Part shown: in pieces, positions 16,824 through 25,643 of the stretch
How the letters are laid out: every line of letters begins with the position of its first letter
Numbering within the stretch: the first letter of the stretch is position 1
Assembly (NCBI GenBank): GCA_041177245.1
Contig: JBEDBL010000002.1
Location: 1-35,369, forward strand
Direction: 5' to 3'
Length of the DNA: 35,369 nucleotides
From: Verrucomicrobiota bacterium
GTDB taxonomy: Bacteria > Verrucomicrobiota > Verrucomicrobiia > Chthoniobacterales > JACTMZ01
Program-made: the position numbers and the translations under genes
The notes under the pieces: model-generated
Database searches by the model: none
Seen by the model: the letters and a program-made list of their open reading frames with translations, nothing else
Told to the model about the DNA's origin: nothing

Positions 16824-18391
16824 ACAACTTCGGGCACGCCGTCTTTCCAGCGCACATTCCAAAAGCGGATGTGGTTGCCGTGCGTCTTCCATTCGAAAGC
16901 GGAGAAAACCGTTCGATCGCCGTCATCAACCGTTTCCCAACCTGACCACAGCCCGGGTGCCGGCCAACGGAAAGGAACTTCCTCCCAAGGTCCGGTTTTC
17001 GGATTCATCGCGCGCAGCAACTGCTTGCCGTGTGCGCTGCTGATGAACATGTAAAAATTACCGTTGTGCTCGAAGACGCGCGGACTCTCCGGTTCTTTGA
17101 AAGTGGTTACCGCCGGCCCGAGATCTTCCCAATCGACAAGATTCTTGGATGAGGCCAAGGCAATTGCCCCCTTACCTTCCTTGCTCGTCACCATGGTGAA
17201 GAGCAGGAACTCATCACCGTATTCGATCACGTGCGAATCGCGGCAATCGATCCATCCGTCCGGGCGACGCTCGGCCCAGTCGGGCGCCTCGTAGACCGGA
17301 TTGCCGGGATGTCTCTCCCAGTTGAAAAGATCCTTACTCGTGGCCAGGCCAATCGTCTGCTTGCCCGGCACACGATCATCGAAGCCGGTGTAGAACATGT
17401 AGTAAGTCCCGTCGTGTTTGATAATCGACGGCGCCGATACCACCATGCCCTCCCAGGAACTGGGCACCGCCTCCATCACACGCGGATGATGCTCCCATGT
17501 TTTGAGATCCTTGGATGTGGCGTGGCCGAAAGCTTTTTCGTTTCCCGCTTCGAACCAGTGCTGGGTGTCGCTCGCCAAGCCGACGTTGTAAAAAAGATGG
17601 AACGTATCGCCTTCGCGGAACACGTAGTAGTCCTTCATGTATTCCCCCTCACGGGAGAACTCGCCAACTTTCCGGTCGATGACAGGCAGAGCAGCAGAAG
17701 TCGTCGCTTTCCCCGCGGTGCCCGGTTCCGAGGAAAGAAAAACGAATCCGCCGACAGTGGCCACGCCCTTGTCGGCCTGAACACGGAGCGAAATTTCCGA
17801 CCCCTCTCTCACGTTGTCCAAGTCCCAATAAAGCCAATCGACACGGCCGTCCGGCTGCGTTGCAACCTCGGCCAAAGCCGCCCCGTCGACAGCCAGCGAA
17901 GCGCGGCGAGGCACGTAGTCGGCCGTGCCGAGGTTGTCCACCAACACCGCCAAGCGCAAATCGCGCGGAACTCCGGGCCCAAGAACCACGCTCGTCAGCT
18001 CCACTATCCCCTCGACCTCGGACAAAGTCAGAGTGCCGGAGATCTTCGCTTTGCCGTCCGGCAACGGAATGGCGGCATAGCCGGGAAAATTTGCCGTCCG
18101 TGCGCCTGCCGCCACCGCGATAGTTTCGACGTAATGCGGAAGATTCTCCGCGCGCTGAGCGGTATCGCCATAATTCCCGGCCGGCCCGCCTCCGAAGAAG
18201 ATCCACCCATCGACATGACGACCAGCCCCGAGCGAGAGGGCGGCATGCGATACGTCGGCTGCATCGAACCAAACTTCGCTGTTCGTCACGACACCGGAGG
18301 CAGCGAACAATGCGGTCGAAGCGGAGGCAAACAAAACTGCCGTGCTCAAAGAAGCGCGGATCGGCAGAAAATGGCTGCGCAACGTTTTCAA
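16817..18391 (-). CDS. Secreted five-bladed beta-propeller glycoside hydrolase (GH43/GH32 clan) with an unassigned ~270-aa N-terminal domain
   Basis: Blade-like repeats: KDYYVFREGDTFHLFY, APSIIKHDGTYYMFYTG, CRDSHVIEYGDEFLLFT and PESPRVFEHNGNFYMFIS. The track start is GTG 18472, 85 nt inside the upstream gene. An in-frame TTG at 18391 overlaps that gene's TGA (TTGA) and gives a cleaner signal peptide (KTLRSHFLPIRASLSTAVLFASASTALFAASG). Start uncertain. Confidence 0.75.
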   Translation of the reverse strand: MKTLRSHFLPIRASLSTAVLFASASTALFAASGVVTNSEVWFDAADVSHAALSLGAGRHVDGWIFFGGGPAGNYGDTAQRAENLPHYVETIAVAAGARTANFPGYAAIPLPDGKAKISGTLTLSEVEGIVELTSVVLGPGVPRDLRLAVLVDNLGTADYVPRRASLAVDGAALAEVATQPDGRVDWLYWDLDNVREGSEISLRVQADKGVATVGGFVFLSSEPGTAGKATTSAALPVIDRKVGEFSREGEYMKDYYVFREGDTFHLFYNVGLASDTQHWFEAGNEKAFGHATSKDLKTWEHHPRVMEAVPSSWEGMVVSAPSIIKHDGTYYMFYTGFDDRVPGKQTIGLATSKDLFNWERHPGNPVYEAPDWAERRPDGWIDCRDSHVIEYGDEFLLFTMVTSKEGKGAIALASSKNLVDWEDLGPAVTTFKEPESPRVFEHNGNFYMFISSAHGKQLLRAMNPKTGPWEEVPFRWPAPGLWSGWETVDDGDRTVFSAFEWKTHGNHIRFWNVRWKDGVPEVVY

Positions 18392-19818
18392 GCGGCTGTG
18401 AGTTTTCCCCGACGCTGCTCCAATTCTCCGCGGATCCGGTAAGCGCGGTCCTCGGATATCGGATAAATCCACGCCAGCACGATGGCCACCGCGACTGCCA
18501 CGGCAGGCACACCGATATCCATCAACCGCATGGAGAGGATTGTTTCAGGACTCTGGGCCGCACCCAGCGCTTGCTTGAATCCCGTGATGTTGAGAATGAC
18601 ACCGGAGAGAGCGAAGGCGATTGTGCTGCCCACTTTCAGCAGCCACGCATACATCGCATTCAGCGCGCCTTCGTTCCGGTGGCCCGTCTCCAGTTCATGC
18701 AGGTCGCACACGTCTGCCAGCATCGAGGCGGTGAGCGTCCAGAGTGCGCTGAACCCGAAAGCGACAAACAGCGGCGGAATGAGAAACATCCAAGGGTGAG
18801 CCGGCGTGTAGCACCACCATTTGACCAAATTGCCGGCCAAGGCAAAAAAGAGAGCGAGAACCAGCGTGTGCCTTTTGCCGAAATGCGTCGCGACAAGGCT
18901 GATCAAAGGGACAAAGAAAAGGCTGCCCACCTGCCACACCGTTCCGCCCCATCCGGACAACACCGATGCGGGTCCCTCCTGGCCACCGTAGATGTAGTAG
19001 ATGGCGAGATAGATCGGGAGGCTGCCGATGCTGAAAATGCCGAGGCACATGAAGAAGACGATGCTTCCGAGAATAAGGAACGCGCGGTTGCGCATCACCG
19101 CCCTGATCTGCGGCCAGACCGGTTCCGCTGCCCGCGTGGCCTGTGCCGAGGTCTGCTTCTCGCGGCACAGGAACACCGCCAACAGCGCGAGTCCCGTCAT
19201 GAGGATCGCAAGCCCGACGGCAACCCATCTGGCACCCGTGATGCTGTCCGGAAACACCGGAAGTTTGACCAACGCATACAACCACGAGAGCAGGATGGCC
19301 GCCGCCGCGCACATGAAGGCGTTCGTCGCCATGAGCCTCGTCCGCTCGTGGTAGTCAGCGGTCATGGACAACCCCATCGCCCCCCAAGGCACGGCGAAGA
19401 GGGACATGAAGAGATAAAAGAGCGTGGAGACGAAGAGGAAATACCAAAATTGTCCCATCTCCCCCGAAGCTGTCGGCAACCACCAGAGCACAACGAAAAG
19501 AATTCCCGCACCGAGAGCGCCCACAACCATGAAGGGCTTGCGGCGTCCCCAGCGCGAGCGGCAGTTGTCGGACCATCCGCCGATCAGCGGATCGAACAGC
19601 GCATCGACAAAACGCGGGATCGCCATGAGCAGTCCGACGAGGAACGGATTCATCCCCAGGCCAATGTTGAGAACCACGTTGCCCAGATTCCCGATGGCAT
19701 TGCCCATCAGAGTGTAGGACATGCCGCCCGACGAGTAACCCGCCTTGTCGCGCAAAGGGACGCGGTCTTCCGGAAGCGTATGGTGATGCGCGCCGTGCTG
19801 GCTTGGGCTGGAGGACAT
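18388..19818 (-). CDS. Glycoside-pentoside-hexuronide (GPH):cation symporter family MFS transporter
   Basis: KAGYSSGGMSYTLMGNAIGNLGNVVLNIGLGMNPFLVGLLMAIPRFVDALFDPLIGGWSDNCRSRWGRRKPFMVVGA is the MelB/GPH signature (D.P.iG..sD...s..GrrrPf). I chose the start ATG 19818 (MSSSPSQHG...). The track start at 19911 is TTG, and ATG 19851 is also possible. Confidence 0.85.
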   Translation of the reverse strand: MSSSPSQHGAHHHTLPEDRVPLRDKAGYSSGGMSYTLMGNAIGNLGNVVLNIGLGMNPFLVGLLMAIPRFVDALFDPLIGGWSDNCRSRWGRRKPFMVVGALGAGILFVVLWWLPTASGEMGQFWYFLFVSTLFYLFMSLFAVPWGAMGLSMTADYHERTRLMATNAFMCAAAAILLSWLYALVKLPVFPDSITGARWVAVGLAILMTGLALLAVFLCREKQTSAQATRAAEPVWPQIRAVMRNRAFLILGSIVFFMCLGIFSIGSLPIYLAIYYIYGGQEGPASVLSGWGGTVWQVGSLFFVPLISLVATHFGKRHTLVLALFFALAGNLVKWWCYTPAHPWMFLIPPLFVAFGFSALWTLTASMLADVCDLHELETGHRNEGALNAMYAWLLKVGSTIAFALSGVILNITGFKQALGAAQSPETILSMRLMDIGVPAVAVAVAIVLAWIYPISEDRAYRIRGELEQRRGKLTAA

Positions 19819-20042
19819 GGTCGGGGCAGCGAGGAGCCTCCACGGAGACATGCCATCGCAATGGAGAAGGCTCGCTCCCAACAGAAAAAGTCGCCTTCGA
19901 ACGGGTGCCAAGACTTTCCGCGCGGATGCCGCGGGGCTGGCAACAAATCAGACTGGCGCTGCTCCCTTTAAGCTTGGCGCAAAAACGAAGGCTGGAGCGG
20001 GCGGCAAGAGCGCTACAGTCCAGAAGCGTCATTTTCCCACCG
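19819..20042. promoter_or_regulatory. Divergent intergenic region between the GPH transporter operon (minus) and the GH78-like gene (plus); promoters presumed
   Basis: A 224-nt gap if the ATG starts 19818 and 20043 are correct. It contains the 7-nt inverted repeat GAGCGAG (19827-19833) / CTCGCTC (19871-19877). No consensus promoter boxes were recognised. Confidence 0.3.
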
Positions 20043-22400
20043 ATGTCAGAGACCAATCAGGACTTCTCCGCACTTTCCGCCTCAGACGTGGAGATTGAAG
20101 CCTTCGGTATGCCCGGAACGCTGGGGCGCTGGGCAGCGCAACCAAACGATCCCCCCAGGCTGCGCGTGGCGCATGAAGCGTTTTGGATTCCTAATCCTCC
20201 CCGAACCCACGACCTCCATGTCGGCTTTGTCGCGGACTTCGGCTTGCCGCGCGGCTGTGAGGTTCGCTTCCGGGTGATCGCGCCCGCCGCCTTCCGCTTG
20301 ATGGTGGACGAACATGAACTTGCTTGGGGTCCATTGCGGTTCGCCGTTTCCATGCCGGAATACCAAGAATGCCGCGTCCAACTTCCTGCCGGATCGCACC
20401 GCATCAGCCTGCACGTGATTCACGAGGGCCTGACCACGCGTTTAGCCGCGGAGATGCCCGGTTTCGCGTGGATCGATGTTGCCGGAGAATTTGAAGCAGC
20501 GCCTGTTTGGTTCGGCCGACACTTGCACGAATATCTTTCCACGGGCCTGCGGGTCAGTCCGCTGCAAGGTTGGATGGAATGGACAAAGCAGCCTCGAGCG
20601 GGCGCATGGAAAACGGAGAACCCCGCGCGCGACCAAGGCTGGTCGAGAACGGTGCCTGTTCCCGGACTTGATGAAATCCTCGGGCCGGCGCGGGAATCTC
20701 TGCTGCAACTGCCGGTCTGGCCGTCGATTACGCCGAACGAAACCGCCCGGGGAAAATTCCGCGATATCTTCACGGGCTATCGGTTCGACGATCCCGCGGT
20801 CGCTTTCATCACCTCAAACCCCTCGCCTGATGCAGCGGAGGGAATCGACGGGATCTGGCTGCGGTTCGATCTCGGGCGCATCCGCCTCGGCACAATCGAA
20901 TTTGATGTCATTGCCGACGAAGCCGGCGAAGCTACCGTTGCCTACGCCGAGAAGTTGGGTCCTGATGGACGGCCTCTTCCGGTGGTCGCCCTCTCCACCG
21001 GTCCCACCCGCTTCCTGCAGAAGTTCGCTTTCGGTCCCGGGACCACGCAGATCAGGCCACTGCAAAGCCTCGGGGGAAGATATCTCGAAATCCGTATGGC
21101 CAGTCCCGGGAATGCGGAGATCGCCAACGTTCGTTTCCGCGAGCGCGACTACCTCAGTGAACCTGCAGGCCATCTCAACTTGAATGACGAGAGACTCGAC
21201 CGCATTTGGAAGGTCGGACTCGAGACCATGCGCGCGTCGACTGAAGATTCGGCGGTCGATTCGGTGCGCGAGCGCGGCGAATGGACTGGTGACAACGCTC
21301 TGGCCGGAGTGGAATTGCTTTTCACAGGTTGGAACAACCTCGCACCCGCACGCCGTGCACTCTATCACGCCGCGGCTTCCGCCCGGAAAGACGGCATGGT
21401 CGCGGGATGCGGACCGGGAGAACTGATTTATCTCGGCACTTACGCAGCACAATGGGTCAATTCATGTGTGCGGTGTGCTGAAATGGAAGGCAGCACGCAA
21501 TTGCTCGTTGACCTTGAAGCCCCCGCGCGCCGGAATGTCGATGCACTCCTCGCCTGCATCGAACCCGACGGGAGGCACCACCTGCCGTGGGGATTCATCG
21601 ACTGGGGCTACGTTCCGGTCAAAGGAGAAATCGAAATCCCGGTGCTTGCGCATGTTGTTTCCGCCGTCGATGAATGGGTGCGCTGGCAAAAACTTCTTGG
21701 GAGGACAGATACAGCACCATACGCGGAACGGGCCGACCAACTGCGGGAGATCATTCGCAAGGCCGTGGCCGCCAAGGCACCCGGTTACCACGCCGCCGTG
21801 CTCGCCGAACGCATCGGAGCGATGGACCGGGATATCGCCATCGAAATCGCGCTTAGACAGTTGCGTAGTTCCTTCCCTTACAATCCCGACGGCAAACGCC
21901 TGCGCGATCCGACCAAGGCCTCACCCGAGGTGGCCACTCCATATTTTACCAACTACTCCGTCGATCTACTCCTGCGTGCTGGCAAAGTGGACGAGACTCT
22001 CGACATCTGGCGTCGGGCTTGGGGCTGGATGCTCGACCGCGGTGCCACAACCTGGTGGGAAGTCTTCGATGAGCGGTGGAGCAATTGTCATTACTGGGCC
22101 GGTGCGCCGACTTGGCAAATGACCCGGCGCATCCTCGGCGTCGATCCGAGGCTGCACGAGGAAGGCCCGGCCATCCGAATCACTGTGCACCCGGGCGCGT
22201 TGACACATGCCGAAGGACGCGTTGCTTTTCCCGGCGCCGGCTGGGCTGATGTCGCATGGCGCCGCGAAGGAAACGGGATCAGTTACAAAGTGAGCTGCCC
22301 CGCGGAGTGGAGACTTCTCAAAGACGACACGACGGTTTCCCGCGCCGCTGGCACAACCGAGTTGCGACTTTCCGAGGCCGGTGCCGCTTTTGTTCCCTAG
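20043..22400 (+). CDS. Cytoplasmic alpha-L-rhamnosidase-like (GH78-like) six-hairpin glycosidase
   Basis: I chose ATG 20043 (MSETNQDF...); the track start 19803 is TTG and would overlap the divergent transporter. DSVRERGEWTGDNALAGVE resembles the GH78 R(D)ER.GWTGD block. Length, the N-terminal beta-sandwich region and the C-terminal (alpha/alpha)6-like region fit. No signal peptide. The family call is tentative. Confidence 0.6.
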   Translation: MSETNQDFSALSASDVEIEAFGMPGTLGRWAAQPNDPPRLRVAHEAFWIPNPPRTHDLHVGFVADFGLPRGCEVRFRVIAPAAFRLMVDEHELAWGPLRFAVSMPEYQECRVQLPAGSHRISLHVIHEGLTTRLAAEMPGFAWIDVAGEFEAAPVWFGRHLHEYLSTGLRVSPLQGWMEWTKQPRAGAWKTENPARDQGWSRTVPVPGLDEILGPARESLLQLPVWPSITPNETARGKFRDIFTGYRFDDPAVAFITSNPSPDAAEGIDGIWLRFDLGRIRLGTIEFDVIADEAGEATVAYAEKLGPDGRPLPVVALSTGPTRFLQKFAFGPGTTQIRPLQSLGGRYLEIRMASPGNAEIANVRFRERDYLSEPAGHLNLNDERLDRIWKVGLETMRASTEDSAVDSVRERGEWTGDNALAGVELLFTGWNNLAPARRALYHAAASARKDGMVAGCGPGELIYLGTYAAQWVNSCVRCAEMEGSTQLLVDLEAPARRNVDALLACIEPDGRHHLPWGFIDWGYVPVKGEIEIPVLAHVVSAVDEWVRWQKLLGRTDTAPYAERADQLREIIRKAVAAKAPGYHAAVLAERIGAMDRDIAIEIALRQLRSSFPYNPDGKRLRDPTKASPEVATPYFTNYSVDLLLRAGKVDETLDIWRRAWGWMLDRGATTWWEVFDERWSNCHYWAGAPTWQMTRRILGVDPRLHEEGPAIRITVHPGALTHAEGRVAFPGAGWADVAWRREGNGISYKVSCPAEWRLLKDDTTVSRAAGTTELRLSEAGAAFVP

Positions 22401-22413
22401 CGCAATCTGCGCT

Positions 22414-24291
22414 TTACTCGGCTGTGTAACGGAAGCGGAAACGCCCGAGGGGCGCCGCGTCACCTTGGACGTAGAGAAGCGATAAATCGTCCGCCAGTGG
22501 AAGGGCGATGTTGTCGAGCCACTTGAAATCGAAAGTCAGAGGCTCACCGGTCAGGCGCAGCAAGCTTCGCGGAACAGCGATATGCATCTCATTGGCCTCG
22601 ACGCGGAATTTCACGTTACCGGCCTTTAGCCAGCTGTTGACCCCGGTGTTCTTCTCCAGAACCGCTCCCTCCGGAGTCGGCGGGACGCGGTTGAGCACGT
22701 AATCGTAAACATCCCACGTGTGATTCTCGGGATTGCCGGTGCGGATGAGCAGGGTCATCCAGTTCGGATCAGTCGGCGGCGTGATGGGTTTTTCCGTCCG
22801 CACGTAGAAATAAACATTCTCTTCGTCGCGGCAGACCTTGATGAAGAGAAACCCGTTGCGCCCCGTTTTATTCGTGTAGTGCAGGCCTTCCTCACCGCGC
22901 CACGTGGTGCCGTTGCCTTCGAAGTCGGGGTGCGCTCTGGTCACCCTTGTTTTGGACGCGCGCCCGAAACCGTCATGATTACGCGGGGTCGTGTGACCCA
23001 CGATGCCGCGGAAGTCGGGCGCAACATCCTGCCACTGGTCGAATGAACATCCGATGTCGATCGTCTTGGCGGCGGAGGCCTTGGGGATTTCCGGAACGCC
23101 TTTGAAGCGCCGGATGTTGCCCACGGCCTGATAATAGAAGTTGTCGCCGAATCCGCCCTTCATGGGCTCGATGTCGCGGCTGAACTCCTCGTTGAACCCG
23201 TCGCATTGCACCCACGGCGTCTGCATGGAATGGGTGAGCCCCGCGACCCACTCGTTCCAAGCGGTGATCATGACGAATTTCGGGTCGATCTTGAGCGCGT
23301 AATCCCACTGCTCTTGGAAATTGAGGCCGCGCTGGATGGCGCCGATGGACGGATCCTGTTTGCCCTTGCTGAAGCCGCGCCCTCGCGCTTTTCCGGTCCA
23401 CATGAGTTCAAGGGCGCCAGTTTCCCAGTGCATGTTCTGCGCGGGCGAAACATTGACCTGCTCCGGCGCACCCGGGTCATCGGTGAAACCGTAGGCCTGC
23501 GGATGAACTCCGAGCCAATGCCAGGCGTATGGTGTGTTCTTGTAGGGAGGTGTTCCGGGCCAGAAAGCGGTGCGGAGGGTGAAATACCTGCGGACTTCCG
23601 GCATGGCCGCATCCGGGTTGCACAACATGAGCGGCTTGCCTTCCCACCGGAACCACAACTCATCGAAACGGCCCGGACGGTAGAATTTTTCCAGCAACTG
23701 CATGGCTATGTTGCCCATGTCCGTGTTCAGCATGAAACAGACCTGGGGAGTGCGGCCGCCCTCCTTCCTTATCTCCAGCAGCACGGGCAAAAATTGATTG
23801 AGGACATTTTCGTAAATCTCCGCGTTGGTGGCATCGACAACGAGAGTGTCGACCCCGGCCGCGGCAAGAAGGTGCATGTGGCGCCGTATAACCCACGGAT
23901 CGGTAAGTTTGTAGTAGCCGAACAGCGGCTCGCCCCAGAACGCGTAATGCCATTGCTTGGGACCAGAGTGGCGGAAGGTCGGGGTCGTCCGCATGTCGGG
24001 TTGCCCGGCGAGAATCTTGCTCACATCGTAAGGCCCGTAGCTATATTCGTCACCGGTCCAAGGAAGGTAAAAAATACCGACGAAGCGGTCTTTTTTCGGC
24101 AGCCCAACTTCGGCAGCGAGCGGCAACTCGCGCCCTAGCGCATCGGTCGCGGGCCATGGAACTCCGGGGTTTATGGACTCGCGGACCGTTTCGGCGCACC
24201 CCGAGTCAGTCCATGCCGCGAAAAAAGAGAGCAATGCACCCAAGACAGCAAGGAACCGGGAACTCATCGCGCGGATTTTAAGGTAAGGCAT
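22414..24291 (-). CDS. Secreted GH99-like/WbsX-like TIM-barrel protein with a C-terminal beta-sandwich (putative glycoside hydrolase)
   Basis: ATG 24291, or ATG 24267 giving MSSRFLAVLGALLSFFAAWTDSGCA as the signal peptide. FVGIFYLPW..., LLAAAGVDTLVVDATN and FVMITAWNEWVAG (the 'AWNEW' block, shared with the next gene) suggest a GH99/WbsX-type barrel. The C-terminal FDFKWLDN...GDAAPLGRFRFRY tail looks like an accessory beta-sandwich. CDS confidence is high; function confidence is low. Confidence 0.7.
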   Translation of the reverse strand: MPYLKIRAMSSRFLAVLGALLSFFAAWTDSGCAETVRESINPGVPWPATDALGRELPLAAEVGLPKKDRFVGIFYLPWTGDEYSYGPYDVSKILAGQPDMRTTPTFRHSGPKQWHYAFWGEPLFGYYKLTDPWVIRRHMHLLAAAGVDTLVVDATNAEIYENVLNQFLPVLLEIRKEGGRTPQVCFMLNTDMGNIAMQLLEKFYRPGRFDELWFRWEGKPLMLCNPDAAMPEVRRYFTLRTAFWPGTPPYKNTPYAWHWLGVHPQAYGFTDDPGAPEQVNVSPAQNMHWETGALELMWTGKARGRGFSKGKQDPSIGAIQRGLNFQEQWDYALKIDPKFVMITAWNEWVAGLTHSMQTPWVQCDGFNEEFSRDIEPMKGGFGDNFYYQAVGNIRRFKGVPEIPKASAAKTIDIGCSFDQWQDVAPDFRGIVGHTTPRNHDGFGRASKTRVTRAHPDFEGNGTTWRGEEGLHYTNKTGRNGFLFIKVCRDEENVYFYVRTEKPITPPTDPNWMTLLIRTGNPENHTWDVYDYVLNRVPPTPEGAVLEKNTGVNSWLKAGNVKFRVEANEMHIAVPRSLLRLTGEPLTFDFKWLDNIALPLADDLSLLYVQGDAAPLGRFRFRYTAE

Positions 24292-24412
24292 CAGTGCGTC
24301 CTTTGTTTACCAGCCACAAGTCTCGACGAGAGGGCCAAGCGGCGGCAATCAGCATAACAAAAACAGTGGCTGCCGCGATGACTTCGGGCCACCAAAGCAC
24401 GGACAAATGGTC

Positions 24413-25597
24413 TCAGGCCAACGCGGCGGCAAGCTCCGGCTTGGCGCGGTCGCCACCAAAAACACCCGCGATCGCCTCAAGGTAGCCCATACCGTTGGCC
24501 GTATCGGGCTCGATATAGCTGCCTTCCGTCCATTCGTTCCATGCATTGATGCTCATGAGGTTCGGACCAGGACGCCGGCTGAGCCTCTCGCGGTAAATCT
24601 CGAGCGCGCGGCGGAAAGCAGCAGGGGTATTCCCGCCGATGCAATTGGAGAAAGTCGACTCCGGCAGCGGTTCCCAGATGTCGGACTGCAACGTGCGCGG
24701 CGAGTTGTCCCAACCCATGGTGATATTGGGGAAGTATGGGATGTCGTATTCCTCCTCCATGCGATTCCATGTCTGGAGATACTTGGCCAAGACTTCTTCG
24801 AACGGAGTAAAAGGCGTTTTGTCCAGTTCGGCGTGATGAATCCAGACGTAGCTCGTCACGCTGTCGAACCCGAGCGCCGCCACGAGTTGCGGAAGGTCCT
24901 TGATCACCACTTCCCCCGGCAGCACCGGCTTGCCCCAGGCAACCGCGTTGAAATGCAGGTTCGGAAAACCCGCCGCCCGCACCCGCTCGCGGAATTCGTC
25001 GATCGCCTCGCGCGTGGCCTTCACCGAACCGTGGATCTCCACGAACTTAGAAAGGTCGTAGACGGAAAAGTATGGCGAGCCATCGACCGTGAGGTAGGAA
25101 GAATGACTGAAATAGCGGTCGATAATGAGATCAGTGATAAAGCGGAACATGCGCGGCGAGACGAGCCCCGGATAAAGCGATTCCTTGCCGAAGGTTCTCC
25201 CCATCGGGTGGATATTGATCCAGTCGTGGTTGGCCCACATGAGAGAAAAGTCCAACCGGTCGACATTGCGCGCTTTGAGGAAACCCTGTTCCAGACAGCG
25301 CTCGAGGAAAGGTCCGTCCTCGTAGTGATACCAGTCGAAGATGAAGTGATCGATGCCGTGGTCGGCCGCCGCATCGATCTTCTTTTCCATGACGAGCGGA
25401 TCCGACTCGTCCTCGTGTCCCCAGACAGGCACTTTCGGCTGCTCGTGACCCGGGAAGCGAGGGCCGGCGTGCTTGACCAACTGCCACTCGGTCCATCCCG
25501 GTCCGTGCACCTTTTCGTTGCGCGGGTCGACATGGTAGTTGGGGAAATAATAACAACCCACGCGGATATCTTGGGAACGGTCGGCGATGCTCATCAT
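24413..25597 (-). CDS. Glycosyltransferase WbsX / GH99-like domain protein (cytoplasmic)
   Basis: I chose ATG 25597 (MMSIADRSQDIRVGCYYFPNYHVDPRNEKVHGPGWTEWQLV), which is the WbsX-family N-terminal signature (YYFPQ.H....N..WWG.GFTEW). The later block SINAWNEWTEGSYIEPD also fits. The longer track ORF, running up to 25777, overlaps the upstream gene. Confidence 0.8.
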   Translation of the reverse strand: MMSIADRSQDIRVGCYYFPNYHVDPRNEKVHGPGWTEWQLVKHAGPRFPGHEQPKVPVWGHEDESDPLVMEKKIDAAADHGIDHFIFDWYHYEDGPFLERCLEQGFLKARNVDRLDFSLMWANHDWINIHPMGRTFGKESLYPGLVSPRMFRFITDLIIDRYFSHSSYLTVDGSPYFSVYDLSKFVEIHGSVKATREAIDEFRERVRAAGFPNLHFNAVAWGKPVLPGEVVIKDLPQLVAALGFDSVTSYVWIHHAELDKTPFTPFEEVLAKYLQTWNRMEEEYDIPYFPNITMGWDNSPRTLQSDIWEPLPESTFSNCIGGNTPAAFRRALEIYRERLSRRPGPNLMSINAWNEWTEGSYIEPDTANGMGYLEAIAGVFGGDRAKPELAAALA

Positions 25598-25643
25598 CTT
25601 GGAAATAGAAATACGGGCGTCGGGCACTTCACCAGAATCGAAC

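Noticed and set aside
16817-18391. Possible homology between the unassigned N-terminal domain of the propeller glycosidase (ending ...VATVGGFVFL) and the head domain of the PATR proteins (ending ...FGLITFDV).
   Set aside because: Only a loose similarity in length, beta-rich composition and C-terminal hydrophobic strand. I could not align the conserved head-domain blocks (GYYQIRP, TYAPDYV, GYFGEAF) to it by eye. A profile-profile comparison is needed before any claim.
19803-20042. Upstream-extended starts offered by the ORF track: 19803 (TTG), 19911 (TTG), 25777, 27827 (TTG), 14562, 13802, 2158 (GTG), 10441 (GTG) and 18472 (GTG).
   Set aside because: I checked the codons. Several are non-ATG and would overlap the neighbouring gene or add Arg/Pro-rich extensions ahead of obvious signal peptides or family N-termini. 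I preferred downstream ATG (or TTG at 18391) starts, but these remain predictions.
22399-22413. Hairpin AGCGCA-ATC-TGCGCT between the convergent stops of the GH78-like and GH99-like genes; considered as a bidirectional terminator.
   Set aside because: The stem is only 6 bp, the loop 3 nt, and there is essentially no T/A tract on either side. It is too weak to call.
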